Below are positions 17,257 through 30,757 of a stretch of 64,000 bases of DNA, piece after piece. This DNA is from Octopus vulgaris (taxonomy: Eukaryota), in assembly GCA_951406725.2 (NCBI GenBank), contig OX597842.1, positions 19,406,001 through 19,470,000 of the forward strand. The letters run 5' to 3'. The position numbers and the translations under genes were made by a program. The first letter of the stretch is position 1. Every line of letters begins with the position of its first letter. The notes beneath the pieces are model-generated. The model saw only the letters and a list, made by a program, of their open reading frames with translations. It searched no databases and was not told the DNA's origin.

Positions 17257-17411
17257 AGAAAGAGAACCTATCTCAACAACAAGACATTATATTTACTTAT
17301 ATATATATAGTAGAAGACACTTGCCCAAGATGCCACGCAGTGGGACTGAACCTGGAACCATTTGGTTGGTAAGCAAGCTACTTACCACACAGCCACTCCT
17401 AAGAATTTGTA

Positions 17412-18033
17412 GTGGGGATGGCTGGCATCACCGTTGATACTGTTGAATATCTATGTGGAACCTCGGCTATTTTGTCAGCTAGCTCCGCCAGTTCCTCAAT
17501 GGAAGTGGATTCTCATGTGGAAGAGAGGACCACCTATGTGTTGGAGGGCAGACGCCAGAGAAAAAGCTACTTAAAAATCTTTTCAGGGAGGATCTCATCT
17601 CCAAGATGCTGCTTCATTCATCGTAGAAGCTGGGAAGGTGTTCTGTCACCCAATTCTTCCGATGTAAGGAGCTGGTGGAGTCGCTTTTGTTGGGTCTCTG
17701 AAGTTCTTTTGATTAGGGTGGTTTTGAAAGTGTCATATGACACAGAACCAGGTGGTGCCATAATGAGATCATGGAACACATTCATGATCTCTGGTGAAAG
17801 GAATTGATCACATGCGTAAGTCGAGACACATTGCTCACTATTCGGTTGGATGAAAATTGGGCCTCTATATGGTGAAACCATAATGCAGGGTCGTGCGTCC
17901 AAAATGGGGGAATCCTCAATGTAATTGCCACCTGGAATGCCATGTCGACAGTGGATGTGTTCGCTGCTGGGCTGTGTTCAGAGAGAGACATTATGTGCCG
18001 ATTAATCGCAGGGGTTTTCCAGTTCCAATTCAT
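17412..18033 (-). pseudogene. Ty3/Gypsy gag relic
   Basis: IPPFWTHDPALWFHHIEAQF...YDTFKTTLIKRTSETQQKRLHQLLTSEELGDRTPSQLLR...IEELAELADKI is a typical Gypsy gag N-terminus. It carries a frameshift and stops. Confidence 0.8.
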
Positions 18034-18065
18034 TGCCGGATGATGTGAAGGCTGTGATTCTTCGA

Positions 18066-18076
18066 CGGGGTCACCA
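18066..18076 (-). other. Primer-binding site (tRNA-Trp-like)
   Basis: TGGTGACCCCG lies 2 nt after an LTR-like CA end, upstream of gag. Confidence 0.7.
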
Positions 18077-18078
18077 AA

Positions 18079-18772
18079 TGTAGTAGGCTAGATGTGATGT
18101 GCCATACCAATCGATATGAGGTAACCCACAACTAAATGTAGCGTATAGATGTAACACTTCAAGGTTCTCACGTCGGAGTAACCAGTGAACATCGAAGAAT
18201 TAAGTCCACGAAGGAAGAAATGTTATTTACATATATCTATTCGTTTGCCCAACAGGTTGTTACAGAGACAGTAGCAATTCTAGTGATAGTGACAACAAGG
18301 ATGACTCACTAGTTAGTAGTTCATACGTAGAAAAATGTTGTCTGTCTGTAGAGAGGGAAAGAGTAAGGTAGTCATGGTGCTGACTAGAAAGGAAGAAAAG
18401 TTAAAGGTGGCATCGCCTTTCTCGCGGCCGAAAGCCTCTCTTTGCATGTTGAGCGAAGGGAAGTGCTGCTCTTGGTTAAGGCCGATGCAAAAGCCTAGCT
18501 GACACATAACCCTAACCCTAAGAGCCCATGTTGCTCCTTGGTCACAGTTGATACATCAAGCGAAGAGATAGATTCTCTTTGTTATAAAGGCTATAGTCAG
18601 TAATGTAGATCAAACCTTAAACAAAGGACTGACCTTTCCTTGACCAATACAGGTCCTAGGGTGTGGAGTGCTTCCTCATCAATCATCTAGGTGGAAGATT
18701 TCCCTCTTGTTTCGACAAGCAACAAGCCAGTAGATCTGGTTTCAAATCTCAGGCAGGTTCAAGCTAGACTCC
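18079..18772 (-). mobile_element. Probable 5' LTR of the Gypsy relic (distal boundary uncertain)
   Basis: Ends ...ACTACA on the minus strand next to the PBS. It is non-coding, and the far end is not clearly defined. Confidence 0.45.
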
Positions 18773-19360
18773 ACCCCCATATATATATATATTATATTAA
18801 ATTAGAGACAAAACCACTATTAGGCAAATCAAACAATGAAAAACTTAAGCCAATACATATATATATATATGACAAGAAATAATTTCTGTCTCCTTTTTAT
18901 GGAAACAAAGGGTTTATAAGACTACAAAAAAGAAGTGCTCAAATGTAATTGAGACAGAGATAAAGAAACATTGATCATAAAACAAACATCAAATTCGAGT
19001 CCATGATTTTATATATAACACCGTACCTCCAAACATTTGATCATATATAAATATTACCATGGTGCTTAAACATATAAAGTATACATATATAAAAAAACAT
19101 TGAAGGTAAAAAATATATATGCGAAAAAAATGCAGGTATATAGAACGGCCTATCAAGAAAGTATATACAATCAACCAAAAATTCTAAATCGTGTTGTGCT
19201 ACTAAAAATCCAAATAAAAGAAAAGAAAATATCAATTAACTAAGAAAAATTTTTCTTACTCCCCTCAAATGAAAGAGTACATCAAAAAAGTTCAGTTCAT
19301 AAAAACCATGGTAGGTTAGACTCCAGGATCAAAAAGAGTTCCACAAAATCAAGTCAAACA

Positions 19361-19444
19361 CACCTATGGCCATTTTAGGAGTTCATTGCTGCGATTCGAT
19401 TACGAGTTAAGGCACATCTTGACAATGACCCCCACATCAGGATG
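19361..19444 (-). ncRNA. Degenerate hammerhead motif in a Penelope-like non-coding remnant (~18790-19470)
   Basis: Minus strand reads CATC-CTGATGT-[GGGGGTCATTG..CAATGAACTCCT]-AAAA-TGGCCA-TA-GGTG. All three stems pair and stem III is palindromic (ATGGCCAT), but the core has A9U and G12A. Confidence 0.5.
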
Positions 19445-19471
19445 AACAGGAAACTCAAAAAATTATTTGTT

Positions 19472-20592
19472 CAGCTGGAAAAATTGGAGAATGGTTACAT
19501 GACTTTCTGAAAGACAGAAGTCAGGCAGTGGTAGCCAGTGGTACCACTTCAACGGAACCACAAATAGTGAGTGGTGTTCCACAGGGCACTGTCTTAGGGC
19601 CAGCCACCGATTTTCATAGTGGCCCTCTCAGATATGCTCTCAGCTGCCTGGATACCCTTGCTAGCTACGGAGACAACATGTTATTCTCGCAGAAAATACA
19701 GAACCCCAGCAATATTGCATGCCTGCAGCAGGAGTTGGATGCAATTTACAGATGGGCTGAGGACAATAATATGCAGTTTAATGTTGGAAAATTTCAAGCC
19801 TTGTGCTACCAGTACCCAAAATTGAATGGAACACATATAGGGTATACTGGCCCAGGGGAAGGATTACAATCTCGTGCGTGATCTGGGTATCAACATGAGT
19901 GACGATACCTCTTTCCAAGTGCACTTTAACAAGATGACAACGAAGTGCAGATGGCAGGTTGGATGGATTCTGAGAACCTTCAGAACCAGAGAGAAAGAAA
20001 CCATGATAGTCTGCTGGAGGGCATTCATCCTCAGCCGCCTGGACTACTGCTCCTAACAACGGTCACCCCACACTGTAAAATTAACAGTGGACCTTGAAGC
20101 AATCCAGCGAAGCTACTAAAAGAAGATCATCTCATTGCAACAGCTCAGCTACTGGAGAAGGCTGAAACAGATAAGACTCTATTCCCTAGAATGAAGATGG
20201 GGGAGATATGCAGTAATATACATCTGGAAGACCCTATAAGGGATTGTACCAAATTTGAAAGCTACACAAATGCCAGAACGGGTCACCACTGCACAGTGCC
20301 AAAGATCCCAAAACTGACGTCACATTTCAGGACCAGTTATTACTGCAACAGCCTGGGTTTCAAGTGCCTACAGCTTTTTGATATTCTCCCAAAGTGGACC
20401 TACACAAAGTGGATGTAGGTGTTTTCAAAAGAAAACTGAACTTCTTCCAGTTGAGAATCCCAGATGAACCTACCTTGCAGCAGGAGGCGCAAATGAGGGC
20501 AATGATATCAAACTCCCTTATTGACCAAATACCACATATCAGAGGAGGTTCTCAGTAATAGCAGTGTACCCCAGCATGGCCGCAGCTTTCAG
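19472..20592 (+). mobile_element. Decayed 3' part of a LINE related to the 8.5-12 kb element
   Basis: Colinear with 10810-11960 ([33 protein letters not shown]). Has multiple frameshifts and ends in CCCCAGCATGGCCGCAG. Confidence 0.85.
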
Positions 20593-21251
20593 TAGTAAAG
20601 GATAAAATATTATATAAATATATATATGACAAGATTTAAGACAAGAAAATTTTTTCCTTACCTTGAATCAGAAGTTTTCAGTTGGATAAGTTTGAGTTTT
20701 AAGGTTTTTCACCTGAGTAAATTTGTTTCGAGGTTTTCAGTTGGATTTCTCTCGCTGTAATGAACAAACTGGTTTTAGTTTCTTAGTTAAATAATAATCT
20801 GGAGGTAAGTCGTCTCAGCCGATAAGGCTATTCATTGTGTTTTTCGTGGAATCTTATTTATCTATACATTCTATCTTCTTATATTACGTTCACTCAATAT
20901 CAAGCCACTCCTTAAGTGACTTGAATCTCTGTAACCTTAACTGTTGTTTACAATTTATCCTTTCAAAGTGTAATTCAATTCATTTAGTATGACGTAAGCT
21001 TTTCATAATTTTTTGAAATGTACGTATCATCATGTACGTATCTGTGCATGTACGTATCATCATCATCATCGTTTAACATCCACTTTCCATGCTAGCATGG
21101 GTGGGACTTGTCTTTATTCTAAACTTAAGTCACCCTTTTGTGTGAATTTAGAAAAATATGTAAAACCGAAATAAATATATGCCCACATACATACATGCAT
21201 ACATTCATATAATATATATATGTATGTACATACATATAATGTATTTAACAA

Positions 21252-21305
<54 letters not shown>

Positions 21306-22101
21306 AATATATATGTATATATGTAATTAGGGGTTATGTTAGCCTTTTGAAGGGATAGTTTTATTCAAGGAAATACTGATTCAATACCTAGAATTTTGGG
21401 GGAATGAAATTCCCTTAAAACATTGGATCTATATTAAGCATATATATTATATATAGATCTTATTAAGCACATGGTTTATATTCATTTAAAAGAATTAAAG
21501 AAATTAGAGATAAGGAATTTAATACTTTTTGTTATCAAATTGGCCATCTTTGCAGCTTACAGCAGTATGTATGTATGTATGTATGTATGCATGTATGTAT
21601 GTATGCATGTATGTATGTTTGTATGTATGTATGTATGTATGTATGCATGTATGTATGTATGCACATATGTATGTTTGTATGTATGTATGTATGTATGTAT
21701 CCATTTATGTATGTATGTATGCATCTATATATGTATGCTTGCATGCATGCATGTATCTCAAGTCACTTATGAGCCTTTCATAAGTGCTACTGGTAACATG
21801 GAATCCAGTACAACATGTTGCATGGTCGGGTTGTCAGCAATTAAACTGGCAACCCCACCTGGATATCCAGATGAGGAGGGTAGCTAAAAACCCAGCAGGA
21901 TTAAAAACAAGACCTGTTGAAAGGTCGGATGAATGGCTATGAAGCGTAAATCAGCTGAAAAGGTTGGAATTCATTCCAGTTGGTTTTAAGCATTGTTAAC
22001 ACTTTTAGCATAAATCTACAAAGAAATTATGAGTTAAAATGATATTGTATGTATGTACATACGTTTGTGCGTACGTACTTACGTATGAGTACTTGCGTGT
22101 G

Positions 22102-22163
<62 letters not shown>

Positions 22164-22184
22164 AATAATGATAATGCGTGTATT

Positions 22185-22470
22185 GGGTGGTGTTTATATT
22201 GGTGTTCAGAAATTAAGGCAACCAAAGTTTCAGGCTTTAATGATTAACAATAGATAGTGGGTTTTGTGTTTGCTTCAGACCAAATAAATTCAGATTTATA
22301 GCTCAGATAATGGCTATAGACCGAAATACAATCATAATACTCTACAAGGAGATTGTTGAAGGCATGCTGCCCTAACTGGTATTCGCTGATGAAAAGAAAT
22401 CTGACGTTGAATAGACAGTCAACCAGCAAAATGGCCAGCCTTGAAGTGTATCTGGATCAATCGGGGTTCG
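22185..22470 (+). mobile_element. Internally deleted Tc1/mariner relic (same family as 29026-29700)
   Basis: Shares GGTGTTC.GAAATTAAGGC, ATGGCTA.AGACCGAAAT and CTGATGAAAAGAAAT with the 29 kb copy. Confidence 0.6.
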
Positions 22471-25400
22471 ATTGGTAATTTGATGTCAAAATCCACTCGG
22501 ATATTCCCCTCGTTATTTTGAGATATATTGTATCGAAGTTCGTTTTGGGATTTTTGTGTTGTTTTTATGTATGAACGAACACAAACAAACAAACATATAC
22601 ATGTGCATGCAGTATGTGCATGTAGCAATCATAGACTAATGCACATATATATGCATATAAAGTATTTGTGCATAAAGCATGCTAATTAATTAGTGAAAGA
22701 AAGTAAGGCAGTGCCCATAGCCTACACAATGCCTCAAAACTGAGAAAGAGAATTAGATGAGATAAACAGGAACAGTATATTACTGCTACTTAATATTTTC
22801 AACCAGTGGTGGGATTATGTGTAAAGTTAATCCAAAGAGTATGTCATGGGTGGAGTGTCTTTGATTCTAGGTTTTCAAAGATCTGGGCTGAAAAGGGGCT
22901 AAACAGCTACAACTACTCCAAAACTGACCTTTCCTTGCAAAAAGGACCACCACTATCACCATGACCCAAATTATGACCCGAATTTCTGTAACCTTGAATG
23001 TTGTTTACAATTTATCCTTTCAAAATGTAATTCAATTCATTTAGTACGACGTAAGCTTTTCATAATTTTTTGAAAAACCCTGTGCATGTATGTATGTACT
23101 TACATACACGTGCACGTACACACACACACACACATATACAGGGGTGCGCGCACCTACGTAAGGAGCTTATTATATAAAGCCCATTTAAATCTTTTTGATT
23201 TCATGACAAATAAAAGCCTGACATCTCTCTCTCACACACACACACACACTCACGCACACAATCACACTCACACACACACACACACACATCATAAACATGT
23301 ATGTTCATGATTTCGATTCCCAGAGGGTGGTGCTTAGAGGTCCTCAGATGAATACCTCATTTCACATTGTTCCCGTCAACTGAGCTGTAAATAAATAATC
23401 CTGTGATTGACTAGTGCCCTGCTCAGGGAGAATGTCACGCTCTTCGTCACTTATACATTTTGTCCTGAGAATAATGTGAAGAATTGCAGTTTGATGAGCA
23501 GGCCATAGCAACGGCCAATCATCTTTATTTCAAGATTTCTTGCCAATACAGAAAGAACCGGGTTCTAACCTAGATCCAAGTCACCTTCATTAGAATTTTT
23601 CAATATCAACAACAGAGAATGTATGTATGTATGTATGTATGTATGTGCAAGCAGATTTCTTTGCTTTATGTATGTATTCTCATGCATATAGCAGCACATC
23701 TAGACATGCTCATATATATTTAAATGGTAAACTTCTGGAAAGTTTTACAGATTCTTACAATTCCAGTGATGGATTGGATCTGTAGTCTTTGAATTAGCTT
23801 TCTCCCTTCTGTCTGTCTGTCTATCTGTATGTATACACATGCACAAACAAACACACACACATATATATCAATATAGAAATATTATTATTTCTAAGTCTCT
23901 CTAAAGGAGACTACGGCAGCGATACTGGATATTAATAGTTATCACCAAGCTAATATGGCACTCAATAAATATAGGACGAATGCTGCCGTTGATTAACTCC
24001 AAGAGGCCGTCGCCGCTAGCTAGCTACGTGACACACGAACCTGTGTCCATTATAACCTTCAAACAGGGAAGGTCAACGTCAAAATAAAAATCATATGGAA
24101 CTTGTAGTTGTGATACATGTGCCTGTGGCACGTAAAAAGTACCAGACGATCGTGGGCGTTGCCAGCCTCCTGTGGCCTGTGTCGGTGGCACGTAAAAAGC
24201 ACCCACTACACTCATGGAGTGGTTGGCGTTAGGAAGGACATCCAGCTGTAGAAACACTGCCAGATCAGACTGGAGCCTGGTGCAGTCTCCTGGCTTCCCA
24301 GACCCCGGTCACACTGTCCAACCCGTGCTAGCATGGAAAGCGGATGCTAAACGATGATGATGATATATACATAAACATATACATGTGCATGCAGTATGTG
24401 CATGTAACAATCATAGACTAATGGCCATATATATGCATATAAAGTATTTGTGCATAAAGCATGCTAATTAATTAGTGGAGGAAAGTAAGGCAGCGCCCAT
24501 AGCCTACACAAGGCCTCAAAACTGAGAAAGAGAATTAGATGAGATAAACAAGAACAGTATATTACTGCTACTTAATATTTTCAACCAGTGGTGGGATTGT
24601 GTGTAAAGTTAATCCAAAGAGTATGTCATGGGTGGAGTGTCTTTGATTCAAGGTTTTCAAAGATCTGGGCTGAAAGGGGGCTAAACAGCTACAACTACTC
24701 CAAAACTGACCTTTCCTTGCAAAAAGGACCACCACTATCACCATGACCCCAACCACCATCACTTCTGCAACCTATACCATCACCACCACCACCACCACCT
24801 GCATCATCAACACTACCACAACCACAACCAACCTACACATTTCTGCTCAGACCAACTCTGTGATTTATTCAAATGTCTTGAGTTGGGCCCTTAATGGGGT
24901 CAGTGCAGTTCCCAGGTAAGGTAGCAATATCTGGTAGTTTATCTATTGACCCTGTAGAATTTGACTTCAGCTGGATTTGATCTCAGAACACAGACAACTG
25001 CAACAATTACTGCAAAGCTCTCAATTGGCTATTGTGATGACCCGATAGAAAAAGCAACTAAACCTCACTCAGCTCACGCCTTACTGTTATAAGAAAGAAA
25101 GGCTATTGTAGATAATGTAATTTCAACATTACTCATATCCAAAAGACAGGATGGTCATGGCTAGAACGTTTTTAAGTAAATGATTTTTGGATTAGAGGTA
25201 ATCTGGGAGTTGAACAACATCTAAAATTTGAACTCACTAGAATCAAATGTTCACTAGAGATAGCACAAGAGGTAGACGTGGCCGCATTTCCCACGACACA
25301 CATCGAACCCGTGCTCCATGGTGTCAGCTTGATGCAGTCATATGTATATCAGGGACAATATATGTGTGGCTGCAATTCAGCCTTTTGATCAGATAACTGG

Positions 25401-26822
25401 AAGAGAGGGCAACAACAATAACAATGCCAACAATATCAAATACACACACACACACACAAAACACCACCAACACTAGCAACAAGATAATCATCGTTAATTT
25501 TAGAGAATATCACTTTCCATAAATTAACGAGAATAATGGACACCTGGCGTAATTTCATATCGTCAACCAATACTGCCACACCTGAGATGTTAGTCACGTT
25601 GTGATTGAGAAATCGGTCAACATAAATATTACTTTACACACTCTGCTATCATATTTTCTTATGCAACAATCAATTTATATCCTGTTTCTTTATTTTGAGT
25701 TCGTTTCAAGTATTTTAAGTATTTTTATCCTGATTTCAAATGTCAGACAAAACACTGAATCGGAAAACTGATACGTCTAAAACTGGTGGTGCATATGTAT
25801 GTGTGTATATATGTGTATGTATGTGTGTTTGCATGCATGTATGAATCTGCATGTATGTGCAGATGTATTTATGCATGCATGTATATATGTATGTGTGTGT
25901 GTATGTTTGTATGTATGTGTGTAGGTATGTGTTTGTAAGCATGCAAATATATATGTATGTATGTATGCATGTATGTGCGTATGTATGTATGTATGTATGT
26001 ATGTATGCATGTATGTGTGTATGCATTTTTGTATGTATGTATGCATGTATATATGTATGTATGTCTGTATGTATGTCTGTATGTATGTGTTTGTAAGTAT
26101 GCAAATATGTATGTATGTATCTATGTATGTCTGTCTGTATGTCAGGTCACTTACAAGGCTCTCATAAGTGCTGTTGGTAACATGGAATCCAGTACAACCA
26201 GTTGCATGGTTGGGTTGTCAGCAACTAAACTGGCAACCCCACCTGGATATCCAGATGAGGAGTGTTGCTAGAAACCAAACAAAATTCAAAACAAGACCTG
26301 TTGAAAGGTCGGATGAACGGCCGTCTAGCAATAGCAGCTGAAAAGGTTGGAATTTATTCCAGTTGGTTTTAAGTTAATCATTCAACTTAAATATTACTTT
26401 ACACACTCTGCTATCATATTTTGTTATACATGTATGCGTGTATGTATATATATGTAATTATGTATGCATGTCTGTTTTTATACCTGTATGTATGTATGTA
26501 CATATGTATTTATGGAAGTGTATTTGTAAGTGGATTTGGTAGACGGAAACTGAAAGAAGCCTGTCGTATTAATATATATATGTGTGTATGTGTTTATGTG
26601 TCTGTGTTTGTCCCCCTAGCATTGCTTGACAACCGATGCTGGTGTGTTTACGTCCCCATCACTTAGCGGTTCGGCAAAAGAGACTGATAAAATAAGTACT
26701 GGGCTTACGAAGAATAAGTCCCGGGGTTGATTTTCTCGACTAAAGGCGGTGCCCCAGCATGGCCGCAGTCAAATGACTGAAACAAGTAAAAGAGTAAAAG
26801 AGTAAAGAGTATATACATAAAA

Positions 26823-26863
<41 letters not shown>

Positions 26864-27282
26864 GCGGGAGAGACCGTTGATGCACTGGTTTTGGGTTTGG
26901 GGTACTGACTTTCCTTGTTCTATAACCAAATCTGAACATTTCTTTTGGCCAAATTCCATGCCAAGGTTGGAATTAATTCCAGTTGTTTTTTGGCCTTGGT
27001 AACACTTTTAGCATAAATCTTCAGGTCGTCTACAAAGAAATTGAGTTACATTGATATGGTAGGTGAGTACATATGTTTGTATGTATAAAATACAGTGTAC
27101 ATTTAAACACAATAAGAGGTGTCCATCATTGGACTACCTCACACTAGAAGGAACAGCTAAAGTCCAAGCCACTAATTAGGGATAAATTCTCGAAGGGAAT
27201 GAAAAATAAAAACATTTACCATCTATTTCCTGGAACCGTATTATTAATTATGTTTGTATCTATGTATGTGTATTTGTATATA

Positions 27283-27336
<54 letters not shown>

Positions 27337-27337
<1 letters not shown>

Positions 27338-28888
27338 CTCTTATTATAAAAGGCAGATTTTATCTGCCTCCCTTTGGGAGTTATACAAATCTACAATATA
27401 GGATTTCTTTAATTACAATTTACCTTGCATTTTTAAGAGTACAATGCATTGCGTCATGCCAGGTCCAGTTTTTAAAATTTAAACTCCAATTAAGCAAAAT
27501 TTACAGAAAACTCACATTCTTGTGTGTGTGTCAAATGCTTTTCTTAGTCTGGTTTACACCACACGCAAACGCACACACACAGTGGGCAACGAATAAAATG
27601 AAAGTAAATAGCGACAGAGTGATTTGAGGAAGCCTAAACTGAAAGTAATTAAACCACTACTCAAAAAATAAAAAAACACAGCAAACAGAAACAAATAAAT
27701 ACATAACCATTTAGTCCTCACACAATTTCTTCAATTAGAATTTACCTAAGATTTTTCAAAGTACTCCATTCGCTCATGCCATAATATATTTCTTTCAATT
27801 TCACCCCCAATTAAGACAAAATTCGAGAAAACTCAATATTTTAACATATCACTCCGAAAGCATTGATGTACATGTGTGCTTGCGAGAGTGTGTGTGTGTC
27901 ATTCCTCACACACACGCATACACATACATATACAACTACATACAACTACATACACATACAACTACATACAAACACGTGTGTGTTTGTTATTAGTAAAAAG
28001 GCGCAAAAACACAACTCACTTATCATTCCAACACATTTGCAAAGACACACGGAGGACAGAAAAGGTAAATTGGTTTTTATTTTACTCTGTATATATTTTA
28101 TTATATAATATTATATATAGATATATGTATACATAATTGCAGTATGAAACAGTGTTTATGTATAAACAGACGACACTTATATATAGTTACCAAGCCGCCC
28201 GAATTTACCTATTCATATTTAAATGAGAATATCAGAGCAAATCTCTTTAGTACATTCGTGAAAACACGTATTATACTTCGTAAACACTTCAACTACAGTT
28301 TTGTACAAAAATCGAAGTGTAATTTTAATTCCGTGAATTATGGGAGATTTTTTTCCGAAATTTGTTCCTATTGTGTTTTCAAAATTTGTAATTCTGACAA
28401 AAAATGGATACGAATTTCATTATATCAAGCAGCGAGTCAGAATTCGAAGGATTTTCTACTGAAGACCTTCATAAATCTAACTCTATGACTGAAAAAAAAA
28501 AAGCATCTTTATATAAGAGTGAAGTTGTGTGTCTGTCTCCTACGATTTCGATTCCTAACTACTCCCACATTTTGCGGTGCAGTTTAACCAAAAGCGGGTA
28601 TCTTATAGTCGTGATTCATATCGAGCCCTTCTGGGTATTAGCGTGCGTCTACGATGAGTCTACGATTTTAAAAAAATTTACCATCATATTTTTCCATTTT
28701 AATGCATTTTTTTCGCTTTTATATAAGGGAAGTAACTCTCTAAAAATATCTACGATGTGTCAACGATTTAAAAAATATTTACCTTAATTTTTTTTCAATT
28801 TTTAATGCATTTTTTGGCTATAACTCTCTAAAAATGCTTATATAGTTATTTCCCTTACAACCCGAGCAACGCCGGGCGATACTGCTAG
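27337..28888 (+). mobile_element. Composite non-autonomous Helitron-like element
   Basis: A|TC start, subterminal hairpin CCCGAGCAACGCCGGG and CTAG|T end. A second TC-type 5' end lies at ~28506. Confidence 0.65.
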
Positions 28889-28936
28889 TATACATATATA
28901 TATACATATGTATATATATATATGTATATATATATG

Positions 28937-28993
<57 letters not shown>

Positions 28994-29025
28994 AGATCAT
29001 GATAATGTGTATGTGAGTGTGTGTA

Positions 29026-29700
29026 CAGGGTGTTCCGAAATTAAGGCCCCCAATTTTGAACTTTAATGACAATCAATAGATGCGAAAAGATATGAAAATT
29101 ATACATCATTGTAAAAGCTTTGTGTGTCTTGTGTTTGCTTCAGATTAAATAAATTCATATTTATAGATTAGATAATGGCTACAGACCGAAATTCAATCCT
29201 AATACTCTCCAAGGAGGCGAAAGTAATACAACTATAGCAAAAAAATGCTTAAAAGTAACCGAACAACAGTCAAGTGTGAAGAAATTTCAAGAGACTGGTT
29301 CCACGGCTGATCACACTGGACGTGGCCAAAAAAGCAATGTGCAGACCACTCAGCTTATCATAAGTACCAGAGAGAAGATATGGTGAAATCCTCATCATTC
29401 CCTCAGAAAAATGAGCTGAACATCAATGTATCCCAGTACTGAAGGAGGGTCTCAGGACCCAACGCTAAAAGATGATCCATTGTCATGAGCTCACACAAGT
29501 TTACAAAACCACGAGAGTGGAGAGGAATCGTCTTATCATGCGTGAGGTTGTTGAAAGCATGCTGCCCTAACTGGGGTTCACTGATGAAAAGAAATTTGAC
29601 ACCAAATAGACAGCAAACCAGCAGAATGGCCAGATTCGGAGTGTATTTGGCTCTGTCAAGAGTGGATTGATAAATCGATGTCAACAAGTTCAAATCCACA
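29026..29700 (+). mobile_element. Tc1/mariner transposon relic
   Basis: TA|CAGGGTGTTCC terminus. Decayed transposase with VKKFQETGSTADHTGRG (HTH linker) and FTDEKKF (first catalytic Asp). Confidence 0.7.
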
Positions 29701-29814
29701 GTTAAACACAGCAGCCATTGGAACAGATTTGTGTCCTGGAGAACTGCCTTGGTGAACCAAGACCATTTCAGTAAATTTTCCTCTGTGTTTGTCTTGAAGG
29801 CCTTTTGTAACAGC

Positions 29815-30475
29815 CTCGCAAGGAATGAAGCCAGTATGCTCCGCTGGATGTGTAATGTCTGTGCATACTCGACAGAGTGTAAGCATCTTTGAGAGAAAAG
29901 TTGGATCTAAGAAGCATCAGATATGGTGTGCAAGGGAGACGAATGCGCTGGTATGGACATGTGGTGAGAATGGATAAGGATAACTGTGTGAAAAAGTGCC
30001 ATACCCTAGTGGTTGAGGGAACCTGTGGAAGAGGTAGACCCAGGAAGACCTGGGATGAGGTGGTGAAGCACAACCTTCAAACATTAGGCCTCAACGAGGC
30101 AATGACTAGTGACTGAGACCTTCGGAAATATGCAGTGCATGAGAAGACCCAGCAAACCGAGTGGCCTATGCCAGGGGTGTAACCAGCGCAGTTATGCATA
30201 CCTTTCCTTCATTGGACACTAAACTCTGCTTGCGAAGCCCTGTTGAGGCAAGTGAAATTGAAATTGAATCAAATTCGCAAATTCAATGACTGACACCCAT
30301 CCAGTGAGCACTAAGAGCCCCATCCGAGCATGATCATTGCCAGAGCAGCTGATTGGCTTCTGTGCAGGTGGCACGTAAAATTCACCCTTTCGAGTGTGGC
30401 CATTGCCAGTACCGCCTGACTGGCCCTCGTGCCAGTCGTACGTAAATGCACCCACTACACTCTCAGAGTTGTTGC
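29815..30475 (+). mobile_element. RTE LINE 3' fragment
   Basis: RRMRWYGHVVRM...GRGRPRKTWDEVV plus 3'UTR. Same family as 30758-32730. Confidence 0.8.
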
Positions 30476-30757
30476 GTTGTTATATCGCTCTATGCTTTAT
30501 TGCCCCACCCTCTGTCTCTCCCTCTCCCCCCTCTCTCTCTTAGTCTCTCCCTCTCATTTTCATAGTTAAGTCACGTTGTCGCTTTACATAGAAAGTTAAA
30601 TATTTAGAGGAGAAACAGATTAGATTTCTATTGTATAATGAATATGGCTCGAATTCATAAGATTTTTTCAACCACGCCCTATCTGGAGCCTTTTAGATCA
30701 TAAAACATATATATATTCTCATACACCCAAATTACATATATATATGTGTGTATATAT

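Noticed and set aside
22385-22405. CTGATGA-AAA-GAAA hammerhead-like cores here and at 29581
   Set aside because: No stems form. The sequence is the F(A/T)DEKK codon run of the mariner transposase relic.
23545-23600. Minus-strand CTAATGA..GAAC-CCGG hammerhead-like arrangement
   Set aside because: Both core segments deviate and stem I is unconvincing.
25230-25400. Possible minus-strand exon (CTTCCAG acceptor, GTGAGT donor, Cys-rich)
   Set aside because: All three frames have stops after the acceptor, and no domain is recognisable.
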